From assembly GCF_004010195.1 (NCBI RefSeq), contig NC_057719.1:54337926-54393570 (forward strand): a stretch of 55,645 nt of DNA, read 5' to 3'. The first letter of the stretch is position 1, and the number at the start of each line of letters is the position of its first letter. The notes under the pieces are model-generated. The model searched no databases. It saw only the letters and a program-made list of their open reading frames with translations, and was not told the origin of the DNA. Source of the DNA: Chiloscyllium plagiosum (taxonomy: Eukaryota). The position numbers and the translations under genes were made by a program. Below, piece by piece: positions 25,101 through 38,949 of this stretch.

Positions 25101-26529
25101 GGCAGGGGCATGTATTGATTGATCTGCTGCCCACCTGCTCTGATTTGCAGGTTGGAAATTTATATTATTTAAAGGGAGGAAATTTAGAACTGAATTAAAA
25201 ATAAGATGATTTGGAATTTTAATGAAAGGCAAATGCTTATAAATAAGATAGTCATCCCTTACTGGTGAGATTCTGTAGTCACCATTTTAGGCTTGAGGGA
25301 AAAATCTGAACTTTTTTTTTGACATCAAGAATCTGATTTTTTCACATTCCCTATATTTTCCACCTTCTTCACTGTTACTGAAATTACATCAGGGAGGAGA
25401 AATTCCACCCCAGGTTCCATTCTCGCGAAAAGGAACAGGAAACTATTTGATTAATGTAGTCTGCTGGAAATCTTCTAGCAATTAAAACCCAGGCCAAGGG
25501 TTTAGCAGCGAATGATAATAACTTGTTATGACCCCTCATTATTGCCTGACATCTCCGTGCTGCATTCATCTGTGCCTCATATTGTTGAGCTGATATTTAT
25601 AGGGTAGTCTGTGAAAGTTCTGATGAAGATGTATTGTTTTTCTTGCAATGGGAAACTCCAGTTAGCCTCAGAAAATAATGAACCTCTTGAATGACAGTTG
25701 CCATAAGGCATAGCAATCAAGGGGCGATATCCATTGATGCCTCAGTAATATTTCTGTCATTTCTCTGACGATCAGGAAGTGTCAGAGCAGTGAAAACAAT
25801 TTCATTGAAACTGCGAGCACAATAATGTTGGTGAGTTGTCATTCTTTAGGTGGTTTTGTGTAGGAATCGATGAAAAGATTGGCTCTTCACATTTTTCAGC
25901 ACCATTTATTTAAAGTGGTATGGGACCTTATTAAATCCTCAAGGCTGTTTTCCCACAGAGCACTGAGAATTTACAAAGGGTGGGTGAATGGCTTATTCAC
26001 CATAATCTGAACTTTAAGTGATGAATTTTATTTGGGCTTAGGTGACACTGTGCTGAATTGTTTTGAAGAATTCACTAACAGCTAGTTGAGATACAAACAC
26101 CGATTTTCTGAATGGTCAAATGGTGTGCATTGTGCACAATTAACCGTGAATCTGAAGCATCTTCTTCATAATCTACTTTTCTTATGAGGATAACTTAGAA
26201 GCCATGGTCCTCCATGAACATCCAGAAGTTTATAGGAAGCTCATCATGGCATTAGAAAGCACTGCTGAAGTCTGAGGCTGTTTTTAGATTGGTGCCTTTT
26301 GGGGAATGGTGAACCTTTCTTAAAGAATAAAATCATTTTTAATTGGCATGGCTGGACTTGCTGACATTTACTGTCCATTCCTTAGACGATACAGATTGTG
26401 AGCTTTCTTTTTAAAGAACTGCATTCTGTTTGGTTATGCTTGCCCAGTATTGTGAGTTGTCATCCATACTGAGAAACAAAATCATTTCCTTTCACAGCCA
26501 TTGTCAGACCTTTTGGTGGAATAACGTTA

Positions 26530-27400
26530 ACAATGGAAGAATGATAAATTGTGAGGAGGGTAGTGTGGAAGGATATTAACAAGTTAGTGGAATGAGCAGA
26601 TAGGTTGCAGTTGAGTTTCCGTGCAGCGAAGAGTGAGGTGATGCATTTTGGTTGAAAGAACATTGAAGGACAATTTAAAATAGGTGTGCATTTCTAAAGA
26701 GAGTGCAGGAGCAATATGTGGGTGTATACTTATCCAGACCATTGAAGGTGGAAGGCCAGTTGGAGAGTCCAGTTAATAAAGCGTGCTGTATTCTTAACTT
26801 CATGAACAGGGACATAAATTATAAGAGTAAGGAGATTATGTTAAACCTGTACAAGATACTCTTTAGACATCAATTGAAATAGTGTGTGCAGCTGTGGGTA
26901 CCACATTATGGGAAGATGTGAATGCATGGGAGAAAATTCAAAAGTGATTTACAAGAATGTTCCGAAAATGAGAAATTTCAGCCAAGAGGAAGGTTGAAAA
27001 GGTTAGGACTGTTTGCCTTGTGAAGAAGAAGGTTAAAAAGAAATTGGTACATGTTTAAAATTCATGAACATGCTGGACATCGTAGATATGGAGAAATTAT
27101 TCAAGCTGTAGAAGCAAAAGGAGCAAGAAGGTGTAGACTTAAAGTGATTTGCAAAAGAAGTATGGATGACATGATTAAAAAAAGACCTTTTCACACAATG
27201 AGTAGTTAGGGTATGGAATGCACTGCCTGGAAATGGAGTTAAGTTCAATTGAGGCATTCAGGAAGGCATTGGATGATTATTTGGTTATAAATGATGTGCA
27301 GGGAAATGGGGAAAAAGGCAGAAGATTGACGCTATGTATTGGAACCAGTGCAGGCATGATGGACTAAATGGCCTCCTTCTGTGCTGTAACAATTCTGCGA
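26530..27400 (+). mobile_element. Old CR1 3' fragment
   Basis: gaggtgatgcattttgg, ttaggactgtttgccttg, gtatggaatgcactgcctg, and tail atggcctccttctgtgctgtaac. Confidence 0.8.
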
Positions 27401-28554
27401 TTAGTGCTGTAAGTCAGCATTACATGCCAGCACACTCAACATCCAGCCTGCAGCTTTTTAGGCCAATTAGTACATGCCTCACCTACTGTTAAGAGGCTGT
27501 TCAGAGTACAAGTGCTATTCCACATATTTACTCTGTTGTTTTTATTTTGTTCTATTTTCTATTTATATCCCATTGACTAACATGACACAGGTACCTCAGA
27601 CTGGAAGGTTGGGAATGATTTGGATTGCTTGCTACTTGATTTGCCAATAAATAGGTGGAATAATGCCAAGGTTTGTTACCTACTAATTTGTCATGCTGAG
27701 ACTGAATGCATTGTTTCTGCATAACATATCACTCACATGCCCAACAAAGAACTGATTAAACAAACTTATTCAGGCAAGAAGACTTGGTTGACGTTAGTTC
27801 ACTGTATTAACCTGAGCTCCAGTTTGCAAAATTCATTGTTGAGGCAACTGTTTGACTGCTTCTTCTGCTAGGCTGCTAATGCTTTCAAATGTCAACAGAG
27901 AAAAATAAGTTTAACATATTTTTAGTTTACCTGTGTATGCAAAAACAAAATGCACTATGGATTTCATTCCCCATCAAACACACATAAGCTTAGGTTGGGA
28001 GTCCAAAATATATGTGAATCATTCATCATCTGTCATGAAACATTCAAAAGGAAATAAATTCCAAGAAAATACATGAAAATTGCAGCTGTAGCATAGGAAT
28101 ATGCTAAACATGCTAGTATGCTAGTGTCCTTATCTTAGGCATGAATTACTTGTATGCCGACACCAAGCCTATGTTTACATGCTTGGGCAGATCAAATAAG
28201 GTCCACAGAAACAATTAACCTTCAGGCTTTCTGCATGTAAGTCAGTGTGCTGGATCATACACATCTTCTCATCAATAGCTAATTTATTACTTTATACTTC
28301 TTTTTTCTTGATGGGATTTAGAGTTATCAAATGTGGTTGGTGTTTTCAACTGCTCTGGCACCATCTGAATTTTGAATACAAGCACATCCTGGAGAATGTG
28401 CTTACTTGCTTCTGAAGGTAACTCATCCTTGATAATACCAGTGACCTGAATAAGTCAAGTAATGATATTTACATTCAAAGACTGTGCTAGCTTCTCCAAG
28501 AAATTTTAAACACTACAGCTTGAATCACAGAACAATTAGTTATCCTGTGAAAGA

Positions 28555-28645
28555 TAGAAACATATGAACTTATGAACCTGTAGCAGGCATGGGCCATTCA
28601 GCCCCTTGAGCTGGTTCTGCTATTCCAAAAATTCATGGTTGATGT
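28555..28645 (-). mobile_element. CR1 3'-tail remnant
   Basis: ggccattcagccccttgagc, similar to 35915-35965. Confidence 0.55.
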
Positions 28646-29519
28646 TATGTCTTGCTGGAGTAGCATATTGGATATCAAGCATTTCTATTCCTGGACTGGT
28701 CACAAATGTTAAACATTTCATACAAGTGTACAAAATTCCCCAATTTACCTGCCTTTTACCCTTAGGTTGACAGAAAGCATGGGCCAGGTTTCTTAACAAG
28801 AATTATTATTTATGACAAATAAGTAGGTTTTTCCATACAATGATGAACTGTTGATGTGAATCTCTACTAATTAATAATCTAACCTGCTTATAAAAATCCC
28901 CCAAAACAAAGATATCGAGAAAAGTGTGTTATTGTTGGAGGTAAAATCTGGGAAGGCAGTTCAAAAGTCCCTGTCCCTAGGACTGGTTGAGATAATCCTT
29001 TTACTTTGCCAAGTCTTGCTGCTCCTTGGAGTTTCTTCTCTAGTTACATTCACTTTATTTTTCAAGGTGCAGAGCGACTGGTTCACATAATTCTCTGACT
29101 TTTTGGTTAAAAGCAATGGCTTATTGCAAATAGTGAGGTAAAATAAATAGGCTTCCTTCAAGATCGAGGTATTTTTCACTGCCGAAAGACAGAAATCATC
29201 ATCCTGGAGGTCCAAAGGCTTCTACCCCCTGTATTCACACTCACAAAGTATTCCACTACCTGAGAGCCAATCACATAGATCGTTGGGAGGCAGGAAGCCT
29301 TGGCCATTGACAACTGGTCACCAGTCCAAAAAGAGTTAGTTACCTGGGGCTGGCAAAGTTCCAGCCCATCTGCAATAGCCTCTACCTCCCTGCCAAACAT
29401 CACTTACAATGAGTGTCAGTAACCTGCTTTTAAAGAGTGCAGTAACCCCTTCCACAATCCTTGGTTTATAAAACAGCCCTTCTCCCATTTCAGTCCACAA
29501 TCAAAAATACAGAAAAATA

Positions 29520-30290
29520 AGAAGATATGGTCTTTCCACTGATCTGTTTGTAAACTCAAGTCTGCATTCCCACCTAACCCTGATAACATGTCACTCCCTT
29601 GTTTAAGAAGAATCTTCTAACTCTGCTTTAAAAATATTGAAGGACTCTGCATCCATCACTTTTCCAGGGCGATTGTTCCTCTGAGAGAAACAGAAACAGT
29701 TCTCCCAATTTCAGCTTTAATTGGGCAACTCTTGACTTTTAAACAGTTCTAATTCTAGATTCTCCCATAATAGGATACACCTCCTCCATGTCAACCCTGT
29801 TTTAGATTAGATTAGATTAGATTACAGTGTGGAAACAGGCCCTTCGGCTCAACAAGTCCACACCGACCCGCCGAAGCGAAACCCACCCATACCCCTACAT
29901 TTACCCCTTACCTAACACAACGGGCAATTTAGTATGGCCAATTCACCTGACCCTGCACATCTTTGGACTGTAGGAGGAAACCGGAGCACCCGGAGGAAAC
30001 CCACGCAGACACGGGGAGAACGTGCAAACTCCACACAGTCAGTCGCCTGAGTCGGGAATTGAACCCGGGTCTCTGGCGCTGCGAGGCAGCAGTGCTAACC
30101 ACTGTGCCGCCGTGCCGCCCACTGGTTAATAGTGCTCAGGATCTTTTATATGTTAATCAAGTAACCTCTCTTTTGGTCCTACCCTGGCCTGTTCAACCTT
30201 TCCTCGTGAGACAACCCATCACATTCCAAGTATTGGTTAAGTAAACTTTTTCTCAACTGCCAGCAATCCATTTAGGTCCTTCCTTAATGG
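29520..30290 (-). mobile_element. Old CR1 3' fragment split by an HE1 SINE
   Basis: Colinear with the 3' part of the CR1 at 35881-36750. Confidence 0.65.
29801..30120 (-). mobile_element. Young full-length HE1-like V-SINE
   Basis: CpGs retained; A box (cggcacagtgg), B box (ggttcaattcc), V domain, (ttaga)n tail. Confidence 0.95.
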
Positions 30291-32663
30291 CAACATCATT
30301 TGCCATTTCTGAGATTACCAGGGAAGGAGAATAATGAATATTCGGTTTTCAATAATAAAACCAGAAGAAAAAGAAGGAGAGGTGAAAACCCACTGAAGGT
30401 CTCACACATTGCAAAATGAAGGTAGGTTGTTAAAATACAAATACAGTTCAGCAATTCCAGCACATTTTCAGATCTTTTGAGAGTGAATAGGAGTGAAACT
30501 GGTCAATACCAGCAGAGCAAAATAAGCTCATACTGATCAGCTGCAGATCATTCACTGGGACCAAACTTCACTCTGCAGAACAATAACTCCAACTCTTTTG
30601 GAGGATCTTTCTAATGTTTTATTTTCATTCAATTTGAAATTCAGAATCTTGGCAATACTCGCACAGTGTGTTGTATTCAATTACAAAATATTCGATTATG
30701 TGTGCCTCATTAACTCTTCACAATGTGCTATTAGTCAATCCTGGGTACTGTTACTTTAAGAAAGCAACTAGACTGAAACAAACTGCAAACAGAAAAGAGT
30801 GGACATTTTAAAAGTAAATCAGGTTTGCATTCAAGGAAGTATATATTAAGCAGGCTTTATTAAACACAGCAGTAAGTACACCACAGAGGATAGAAAAACC
30901 TTTTTGAAATGTCTTCACATACTCAACTTCCATCTTGATCTGACACACCAAGATGTCATTTATGATATAGTCCACAAATTTTCATAATATGTATTAACTC
31001 CACATACTTACAAAATGTTATGTAAACAGAGCTCCTGCTCAGAGGCATGTCAACTCTGCATATCTCCGAAACATAAAACACACAATAAGAACCTGTTTTG
31101 CTCCAAGCCTATTTCATGCAAATGATGTGGGCCCATTTCATGCCCTTGGCCTGTTATTCCTCTGTAGGTGCTATCTCATTACACTGTTGATGTTCAGCGT
31201 AAGTACCTTGAAATGTTTTGCCATGTCAAAAGTGCTGAGTTGTTATTCATTGCCAGTTACTCTGATCCCAATTACCTTCACTTTTCTGATGTCATTTTGT
31301 ACTGTTGCTATTCTAGTATCAATCTAATTTAATTTCAAATGGATTTTTAATAACAAATTTTCTATGTGGATTTCTGCCAATCTCCACTGCCAGGAGGTCA
31401 GAAATCTTCACAGATACAACACAACTAGCCATTTTCAACTATATATTCTTTTTCTCCTACAGTTTAGCCAGTCCCTCATTGCAGGGACAACTTTACAGCC
31501 TTGAGGGTCAAGTATCCATGTTTGGTACTGGGGTAGGGGGTGATAGAGGGGAGAGACCCTACCTTCTTTCTTTTCTCATTGAGCACCGTTAACGCCAATA
31601 GAAAGAATATTTTCACACTGCAGACTCTCAAAAACATTGTTAGATCTACTAGTTAACCAATTGAAGACACTTTCTTTAAGCAGTTTTTAAAAAAAATTAA
31701 GCTACAGTATCCCACAGTTTTGAAAACATTTTTACTAATCAATGTTAGAACAGTGATACATGTACAACATCTCATTCTCATACTCAAAATTAATCTGTGA
31801 TTAGTAGTAGATTGTGATAAAATATTCCATAGTTACACATCAAATGACAAATGTGATTAAAAACCATTTGACAGACTTGTCAGCATTTGCTCCAGGTATT
31901 AATATCATGGTGGGCCATTAAATATGATTCAATTTCATAAATGAATAGAATTCATTTTTTTCCAATTTGGTCTTTAACCTTCTTTTTAACAATGTTTTAA
32001 AGGATAAACTTGTAGAAGAAACCTCAATCAAGATTAAAACTAGATGAACCATCTCAAGCTGCCTAAACTGCTATTCCATTCCACTCAATCACCTGATTTG
32101 CCTAGATCTATGCTAGCATGGACTCATGTCACTTTGATACAAAAGTTGCTCAAGGGCTGAATTACAGCTTTTTACTGACAGCTAGCTTCACTAAACCAGA
32201 ACTACTCCTGGAATTTTTACCTGAGTTCTAAACTTGGTAAATTGCATCAAACAAAGCTGACTTGTGAGCTTCTCAACACTCACACTCAGCTGTTCTAAAC
32301 TATTAATGGAACATGCCTTCTTCTAAGTTTGCACACCTCCCACAACTGTTCTGAAGCCCTAACTGGGACACTTAACTGCCTATGGGCTCTGAGAATGCCC
32401 AAGGTCAAACATCACAACTGTTCTTTTGAGCAGTTCTCACTGAGGATCCTACATACAACCTGCATAGTTCAGTTGTCTTCCGTACAGTGCGGCTTAAAGC
32501 AACACTGCATGACATTGGCATCTATCGGTCTCTTTTTCTAAGTGACTGTGATCCTGGAACTGATCTGTTTTGAATGATCTATGGAAAAACTTCAAACAAA
32601 TCTCACTTCCTACTTGAAGCATATAAGAATGTAAATAATATTTTCTAATGCCTCATCTTCACC

Positions 32664-34347
32664 ATGGACATCCAATCCCTCTACACCTCCATCCGCCATG
32701 ACAAGGTCCTCCAGGGCCTCCAAGCCCTATGTTTCTTCCTCTCCCAATGTCCCCACTAGTTCCCTTCCACTGACACTCTCATTCGTTTGACTGAACTGGT
32801 CATCACTCTCAACAATTTCTCTTACGAATCCTCCCACTTCCTCCAAATGGAAGGGGTAGCCATGGGCCCCAGCTACACCTTGTTGGCTACGTAGAATAAT
32901 CCATCTTCCGTAGTTACACCAGCACCACTCCCCATCTTTTCCTCCGCTACATTGATGACTGCATTGGCGCCTCATCGTGCTCCACCACTAGGATTTTGAG
33001 CAGTTCATCAATTTCGCCAACGCATTCCACCCCAACCTTAAATTCACATGGACCATCTCTGACACCTCCCTCCCCTTCCTGGACCACTTCATCTCCATCA
33101 ATGATGACTGACTAAACACCGACATTTTTTACAAACCCACTGGCTCCCACGGCTACCTGGATTACACCTCTTCCCACTATACCTCCTGCAAAAATGCCAT
33201 CCCATATTTCCAATTCCGCTGCCTCCGCTGTATCTGCTCCCAGGAGGACCAGTTCCACCACAGAACACACCAAATGGCCTCCTTCTTTAAAGATTGTAAT
33301 TTCCCCTCTCACGTGGTTGAAGATGCCCTCCAATGCATCTCATCCAAATCCTGCACTTCCGCCCTCAAACTCGATCCCTCCAACCACAACAAGGACAGAA
33401 CTCCCTGGTCCTCACCTTCCACCCCACCAACTTCCGCATAAACCGCATCATTCGCTCACATTTCCGACACCTACAAATGGATCCTACCACCAGGGATGTA
33501 TTTTCCTTCCCACCCCTATCCGCTTTCCGCAAACATCATGCCCTCCCTGACTACTTAGTCAGGTCCATGCCCCCCAACAACCCACCCTCCCCTCTTGGCA
33601 CCTTCTCCTGCCACCGCAGGAATTGCAAAACCTATGCCCACACCTCCTCCCTCATCTCCATTCAAGGCCCCAAAGGAGCCTTCCACATCCATCAAAGTTT
33701 CATTTGCACTTCCACCAATGTCATTTATTGTATCCGTTGCTCCCGATGCAGTCTCCTTTACATTGGGGAGACTGGACGCCTTCTCGCAGAGCGCTTTAGG
33801 GAACATCTCTGGGACACCCGCACCAATCAACCCCACCACCCTGTGGCCGAACATTTCAACTCCCCTTCCCATCTGCAAAGGACATGCAGGTCCTGGGCCT
33901 CCTCCACCGCCACTCCCTCACCACCCGACACCTGGAAGAAGAACGCCTTACCTTCTGCCTCAGAACCCTTCAACCCCAGGGCATCAATGTAGACTTCACC
34001 AGTTTCCTCATTTACCCTCCCCCCACTTTAACCCAGTTCCAAACTTCTAGCTCAGCACCATCCTCATGACCTGTCCTACCTGCCAATCTCCCCTCCCACC
34101 TATCCGCTCCACCCTCCTCTCCGATCTATCACCTTTACCCCTTCATCCACCTATTCCACTCTCAATTACCTTCTCACCAACTCCATCCCCTCCCATTTAT
34201 CTCTCTACCCCCGAGGCCTCCAGCCTCATTCCTTAGGAAGGGCTTCTGCCCAAAATGTCAACTTTCCTACTCCTTGGATGCTGCCAGGCCTGCTGTGCTT
34301 TTCCAACAACACTCTAATCTTGACTCTAATCTCCAGCATCTGCAGTC
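32664..34347 (+). mobile_element. Neptune-like Penelope element, 5'-truncated (RT, Cys linker, GIY-YIG, pLTR)
   Basis: MDIQSLYTSI, FLRYIDDCIG, CHRRNCKT, NVIYCIRCSRCSLLYIGETGRLLAERFREHL; degenerate hammerhead at ~34230-34262. Confidence 0.92.
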
Positions 34348-35545
34348 ATACAGCCATAGGGATGTACAGCATGCAAACAGACCCTTCGGTCCAACCTGTC
34401 GATGCCGACCAGATATCCCAACCCAATCTAGTCCCACCTGCCAGCACCCAGCCCATATCCCTCCAAACCCTTCCTATTCATATACCCATCCAAATGCCTC
34501 TTAAATGTTGCAATTGTACCAGTCTCCACCACATCCTCTGTCAGTTCATTCCATACAAATACCATCCTCTGCATGAAAAAGTTGCCCCTTAGGTCTTTTT
34601 TATATCTTTCTCCTCTCACCCTAAACCTATACCCTATAGTTCTGGACTCCCCGATCCCAGGGAAAAGACTTTGTCTATTTATCCTATCCATGGCCCTCAT
34701 AATTTTGTAAACCTCTATAAGGTCACCCCTCAACCTCTGACGCTCTCGAGAAAACAGCCCCAGCCTGTTCAACCTCTCCCTGTAGCTCAGATCCTCCAAC
34801 CCTGGCAACATCCTTGTAAACCTTTTCTGAATCCTTTCAAGTTTCACAACATCTTTCCGATAGGAAGGAGACAGGAATTGCGCGCAATGTTCCAACAGTG
34901 GCCTAACCAATGTCCTGTACAGCCGCAACTGGACCTTCCAACTCCTGTACTCAATACTCTGACCAATAAAGGAAAGCATACCAAACACCTTCTTCATTAT
35001 CCTATCTACCTGCAACTCCACTTTCAAGGAGCCATGAACCTGCACTCCAAGGTCTCTTTTTTCAGCAACACTCCCTCGGACCTTACCATTAAGTGTATAA
35101 TCCTGATGAAGGACTTTTGCCCGAAATGTCGATTTTGCTACTCCTCGGAGGCTGCCTGAACTGCTGTGCTCTTCCAGCACCACTATTCCAAAAACCATTA
35201 AGTGTATCAGTCCTGCTAAGATTTGCTTTCCCAAAATGCAGCACCTCACATTTATCTGAATTAAACTCCATCTGCCACTTCTCAGTCCATTGGCCCATCT
35301 GGTCCAGATCCTGTTGTAATCTGAGGTAACCCTCTTCGCTGCCCACTACACCTCCAATTTTGGTGTCATCTACAAACTTACTAACTGTACCTCTTATGCT
35401 CACATCCAAATCATTTATGCAAATGACAAAAAGTAGAGGGCCCAGCACCGATCCTTGTGGCACTCCACTGGTCACAGGCCTCCACCACCCTCTGTCTTCT
35501 ACCTTTGAGGCAGTTCTGCATCCAAATGGCTAGTTCTCCCTGTAA
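34348..35545 (-). mobile_element. CR1 3' portion
   Basis: SGVPQGSVLGPLLF, KFVDDTKI, LYRTLVRPLLEHC. Confidence 0.92.
35099..35193 (+). mobile_element. 95-bp pLTR mini-insertion with hammerhead core and 14-bp TSD
   Basis: accattaagtgtat at 35085-35098 and 35194-35207; ctgatgaaggacttttgcccgaaatgtcg at 35103-35131. Confidence 0.92.
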
Positions 35546-35880
35546 TCCATGAGTCCTCACTTTCACCTAATATTTTCTAACAGTCAAATGTAGCAAGCAC
35601 TTGAAACTTTCTGCTCCTTAAATGTTTCCATTCTGATAGAATGCTGGCTTATAAGGGAAATTGCTTCCAACAAAAGGAGGATCTAAAACATCTTGCCCTT
35701 TCTTCAGAGTGAAGGTTACCTTTTAGATTGGCTTTGAAAATGAAATAAATTATCTTTGTAAACACCTATTAAGTAGCTTATTACACGCTGTACAGATAAT
35801 CTATTCATTTATGCATTTGTGTATCTCATATTAACAAGGCTATAAACATTAACTCAAAACAAAAGCAAGTTATATGCAGT

Positions 35881-38125
35881 TAGACCATAAGACCATAAGA
35901 CAAAGGAGCAGAAATTAGGTCATTCAGTCCATTGGATCTGCTCCACCATTCGATCATGGCTGATAGGTTTCTCAACCCCATTTTTCCACTTTGTCTCCAT
36001 AATCTTTGATCCCCTTGACAATTAAGAACCTATCTATCTCGGTCTTAAATATACTCAATGGCCTGGCCTCCACAGCCTTCTGTGACAATGAGTTCCATAG
36101 TTTCATCACCCTTTGGCTGAAGAAGTTTCTCTTCATCTCCATTCTGAAAGGACCTCCCTTTACTCTAAGGCTGCTCCTAGTGTCTCCAACCAATGGAAAC
36201 GGGGGGGGAGGGCACAGTGACTCAGTGGTTAGCACTGCTGCCTCACAGTACCAGAGACCTGGGTTCGATGCCATTCTCGGGAGACTGTCTGTGTGGAGTT
36301 TGTACATTCTCCACATGTCTGCATTGGTTTCCTCTGGGTGCTCCGGTTTCCTCCCACAGTCCAAAGATGTGCAGGTTAGGTCAATTGGCCATGCTAAATT
36401 GTCCATAGGGATATGTAGGTTAAGTGCATTAGTCAGGGGCAAAGATAGGATAGGGGAATGGGTCTGGGTGGGTTACTCTTCGGAGGGTCGGTGTGGACTT
36501 ATTGGGTCGAAAGATCTGTTTCCACACTAGGGATTCTAGAAACATCTTTCCAACGTCCACTTTGTCCAGGCCATTCAGTATTCTGTATGTTAGATCCCAC
36601 TTCATCCTTCTAAACTCCATCGGGTATAGACCCAGAGTCCTCAAACATTCCTCATATGTTAAGCTTTTCATTCCTAGGAACATTCTTGTGAACTTGTTCT
36701 GAACATGCTCCAAGGCCAGTACATCCTTCCCGAGATATGGAGCCCAAAACTGCATAAAATGCTCCAAATGTGATCTGTTTTCAGAGTGGAGGCCTGTGAC
36801 CAGTGGAGTGCTACAAGACAATCTCAGAAATACATCCCTGATTTTATATTCAAGTCCTCTCAAAATAAATGCCATCAGTGCATTTGCCTTCCTAACTACA
36901 AACTCAACCTGCAAGTGTACCTTGAGAGAATCCTGGACTAGAACTCCCAAGTCTCTTTGCACTTCAGACTTTTGAATTTTTTCCCTATTAAGAAAATAGT
37001 CCAACCCTCTATTCTCTCTACCAAAGTGCATGACCTCACACATTCCCACATTGTACTCCATCTACTACTTCTTTGTCCACTCTCTTAACCTGTCCAAATC
37101 TTTCTGCAGCCTCCCTGCCTCCTCAAAACTACCTATCCCTCCATCTATCTTTGTATCATCTGCAAACCTAGCCAGAATGCCCTCAGTTCCTTCAGCTAGA
37201 TCGTTAACATATAAAGTGAAACGTTGTGGTCTCGACACTGAGGTTTGTGGAACACCACTTATCACTGGCTACAATCCCGAGAAGGATTTTACCCCCCTCT
37301 CTGCTTTCTGCCACACAGCCAACTTCTATCCATACCAGCACCTTACCTCTAACACCATGGGCCCTTATGTTACCCAACAGCCTCCTGTGGGGCACCTTGT
37401 CAAAGGCCTTCTTGCAGTTCAGGTAGATAACACCCATTGGCTTTCCTTGGTCTAACCTACTCATTACTTCCTCAAAGAATTCTAGCAGATTTGTCAGACA
37501 TGGCTTTCCCTTGATGAAACCATGTTGACTTTGCCCTATTTTACCACACACTTCCATGTATTCAGAAATCTCATCCTTCATAATGGATTCTAGGATCTTA
37601 TCTAAGACCAAGGTTAGGCTAATGGGTTTGTAATTTTCCTTCTTTTTCCTTACTCTCTTTTTAACGGGAGTGTCACATTATCAATTTTCCAGTCCTCTTG
37701 TGACCCTCCCTGACTCTAGCAATTACTGAAAGATCACCACTAACGCCTCTATTGTCTCTTCAGCTATTTCCCTTTGAACTCTGGGGTGTAGTGCATCTGG
37801 TCCAGGTTATTTATCCACCTTTGGACCATTCAATTTTTCTAGCACCTTCTCCTCGATGATGGCCATCATACTCAGCTCTGTCCCTCACTCCCTTGGATTT
37901 TTGGGATAATACTCATGTCTTCCACCTTGAAGACTGATGCACAGTATTATTTAGTTCTTCAGCTGTTGCCTTGTTCCCCATGACTATCTCTCCAGCATCA
38001 TTTTCCAGCAGCCCAATGTCCACTTCTGCCTTTCTTTTTGCCCTTCACACATCTAAAGAAACTCTTAAAATCTTGCTTTATATTACTGGCCAGCTTACCC
38101 TCATATTTAATCTTCTCCCTCCTTA
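35881..38125 (-). mobile_element. CR1, 5'-truncated, with nested HE1
   Basis: GFIKGKPCLTNL, KAFDKVPH, SGVPQ, RFADDTKI; (accataag)n tail. Confidence 0.9.
36201..36537 (+). mobile_element. HE1-like V-SINE
   Basis: tRNA head, V domain and tail; gaaac on both flanks. Confidence 0.9.
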
Positions 38126-38949
38126 TTAAGCTCATCTAGTTTTAATTTTGGTTGAGGTTTCCTCTACAAAGTTATCATTCAAATCATTGCTACAATGAAA
38201 CTAGAAGTTAAAGCATTTTCCTTTGCACTCGTCTGAACTAGAATGCAAGAAATAGACTTGAGTAAAAGATACACTATTTTATACAAAATGAGAAGGTTGG
38301 AATTCATCTGGAAATACAGCAAGAACAGTTAACTATAAATCTTAATTCTCAAACTAGGCAGTCAAATTTATATTCATCAGTGTATTGCAATGGAGTTGCA
38401 ACAGAGTCTGGTTGAATCCATGCTCCCCTTTTTTGAAAAAGGGTCCAAATTCCTTTTGTCAACATAAAATAGACGCCTGACTATATACGTAGTGTCTAAT
38501 GCCTGCAAATACAACACACAGTAGGGCTGGTTGCTAAACATAAATTGGTTTCCGGCTTGCTGTTTAGCTCCACCTGGATTATTATGAAATTATTTCCACT
38601 AGCAGAGCCATATCAAATGATTGATACGCTTTTCAGAGGCTTGCAAGTTTGGCCAGTTGAGTATGAGCAGCATGCTGCCAACTGAAATTTGTATAGTTAT
38701 TACTCAAAAAAAAGCCTCACAATGAGACCCAAATTCTGCAGCATTTCCATAGCCTAACCAATCAGCACACACTTCCCATTTGGTATAAATGTTTTCTATT
38801 GCTTGCATACTAGTTCTGATATGTTCTAGACAACAAGTTTCAATTTCTAGGCTTTTTTTGCTAAGTTTTGTAATTTAATATTTCAAGCATTCACTCAAGT
38901 GTTTTACTTCCTGTAATTAATGCACAAAATGCTATCACCATTTCACATT

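Noticed and set aside
29801..30120. tRNA genes at SINE heads
   Set aside because: A/B boxes continue into SINE bodies and tails; not standalone tRNAs.
33333..33992. 219-aa GIY-YIG ORF as a host nuclease or bacterial UvrC-like gene
   Set aside because: It is the endonuclease end of a frameshifted Penelope-like element.
34428..35249. 273-aa ORF, the longest in the window
   Set aside because: CR1 ORF2 C-terminus extended by chance through a pLTR insertion; no sign of domestication.
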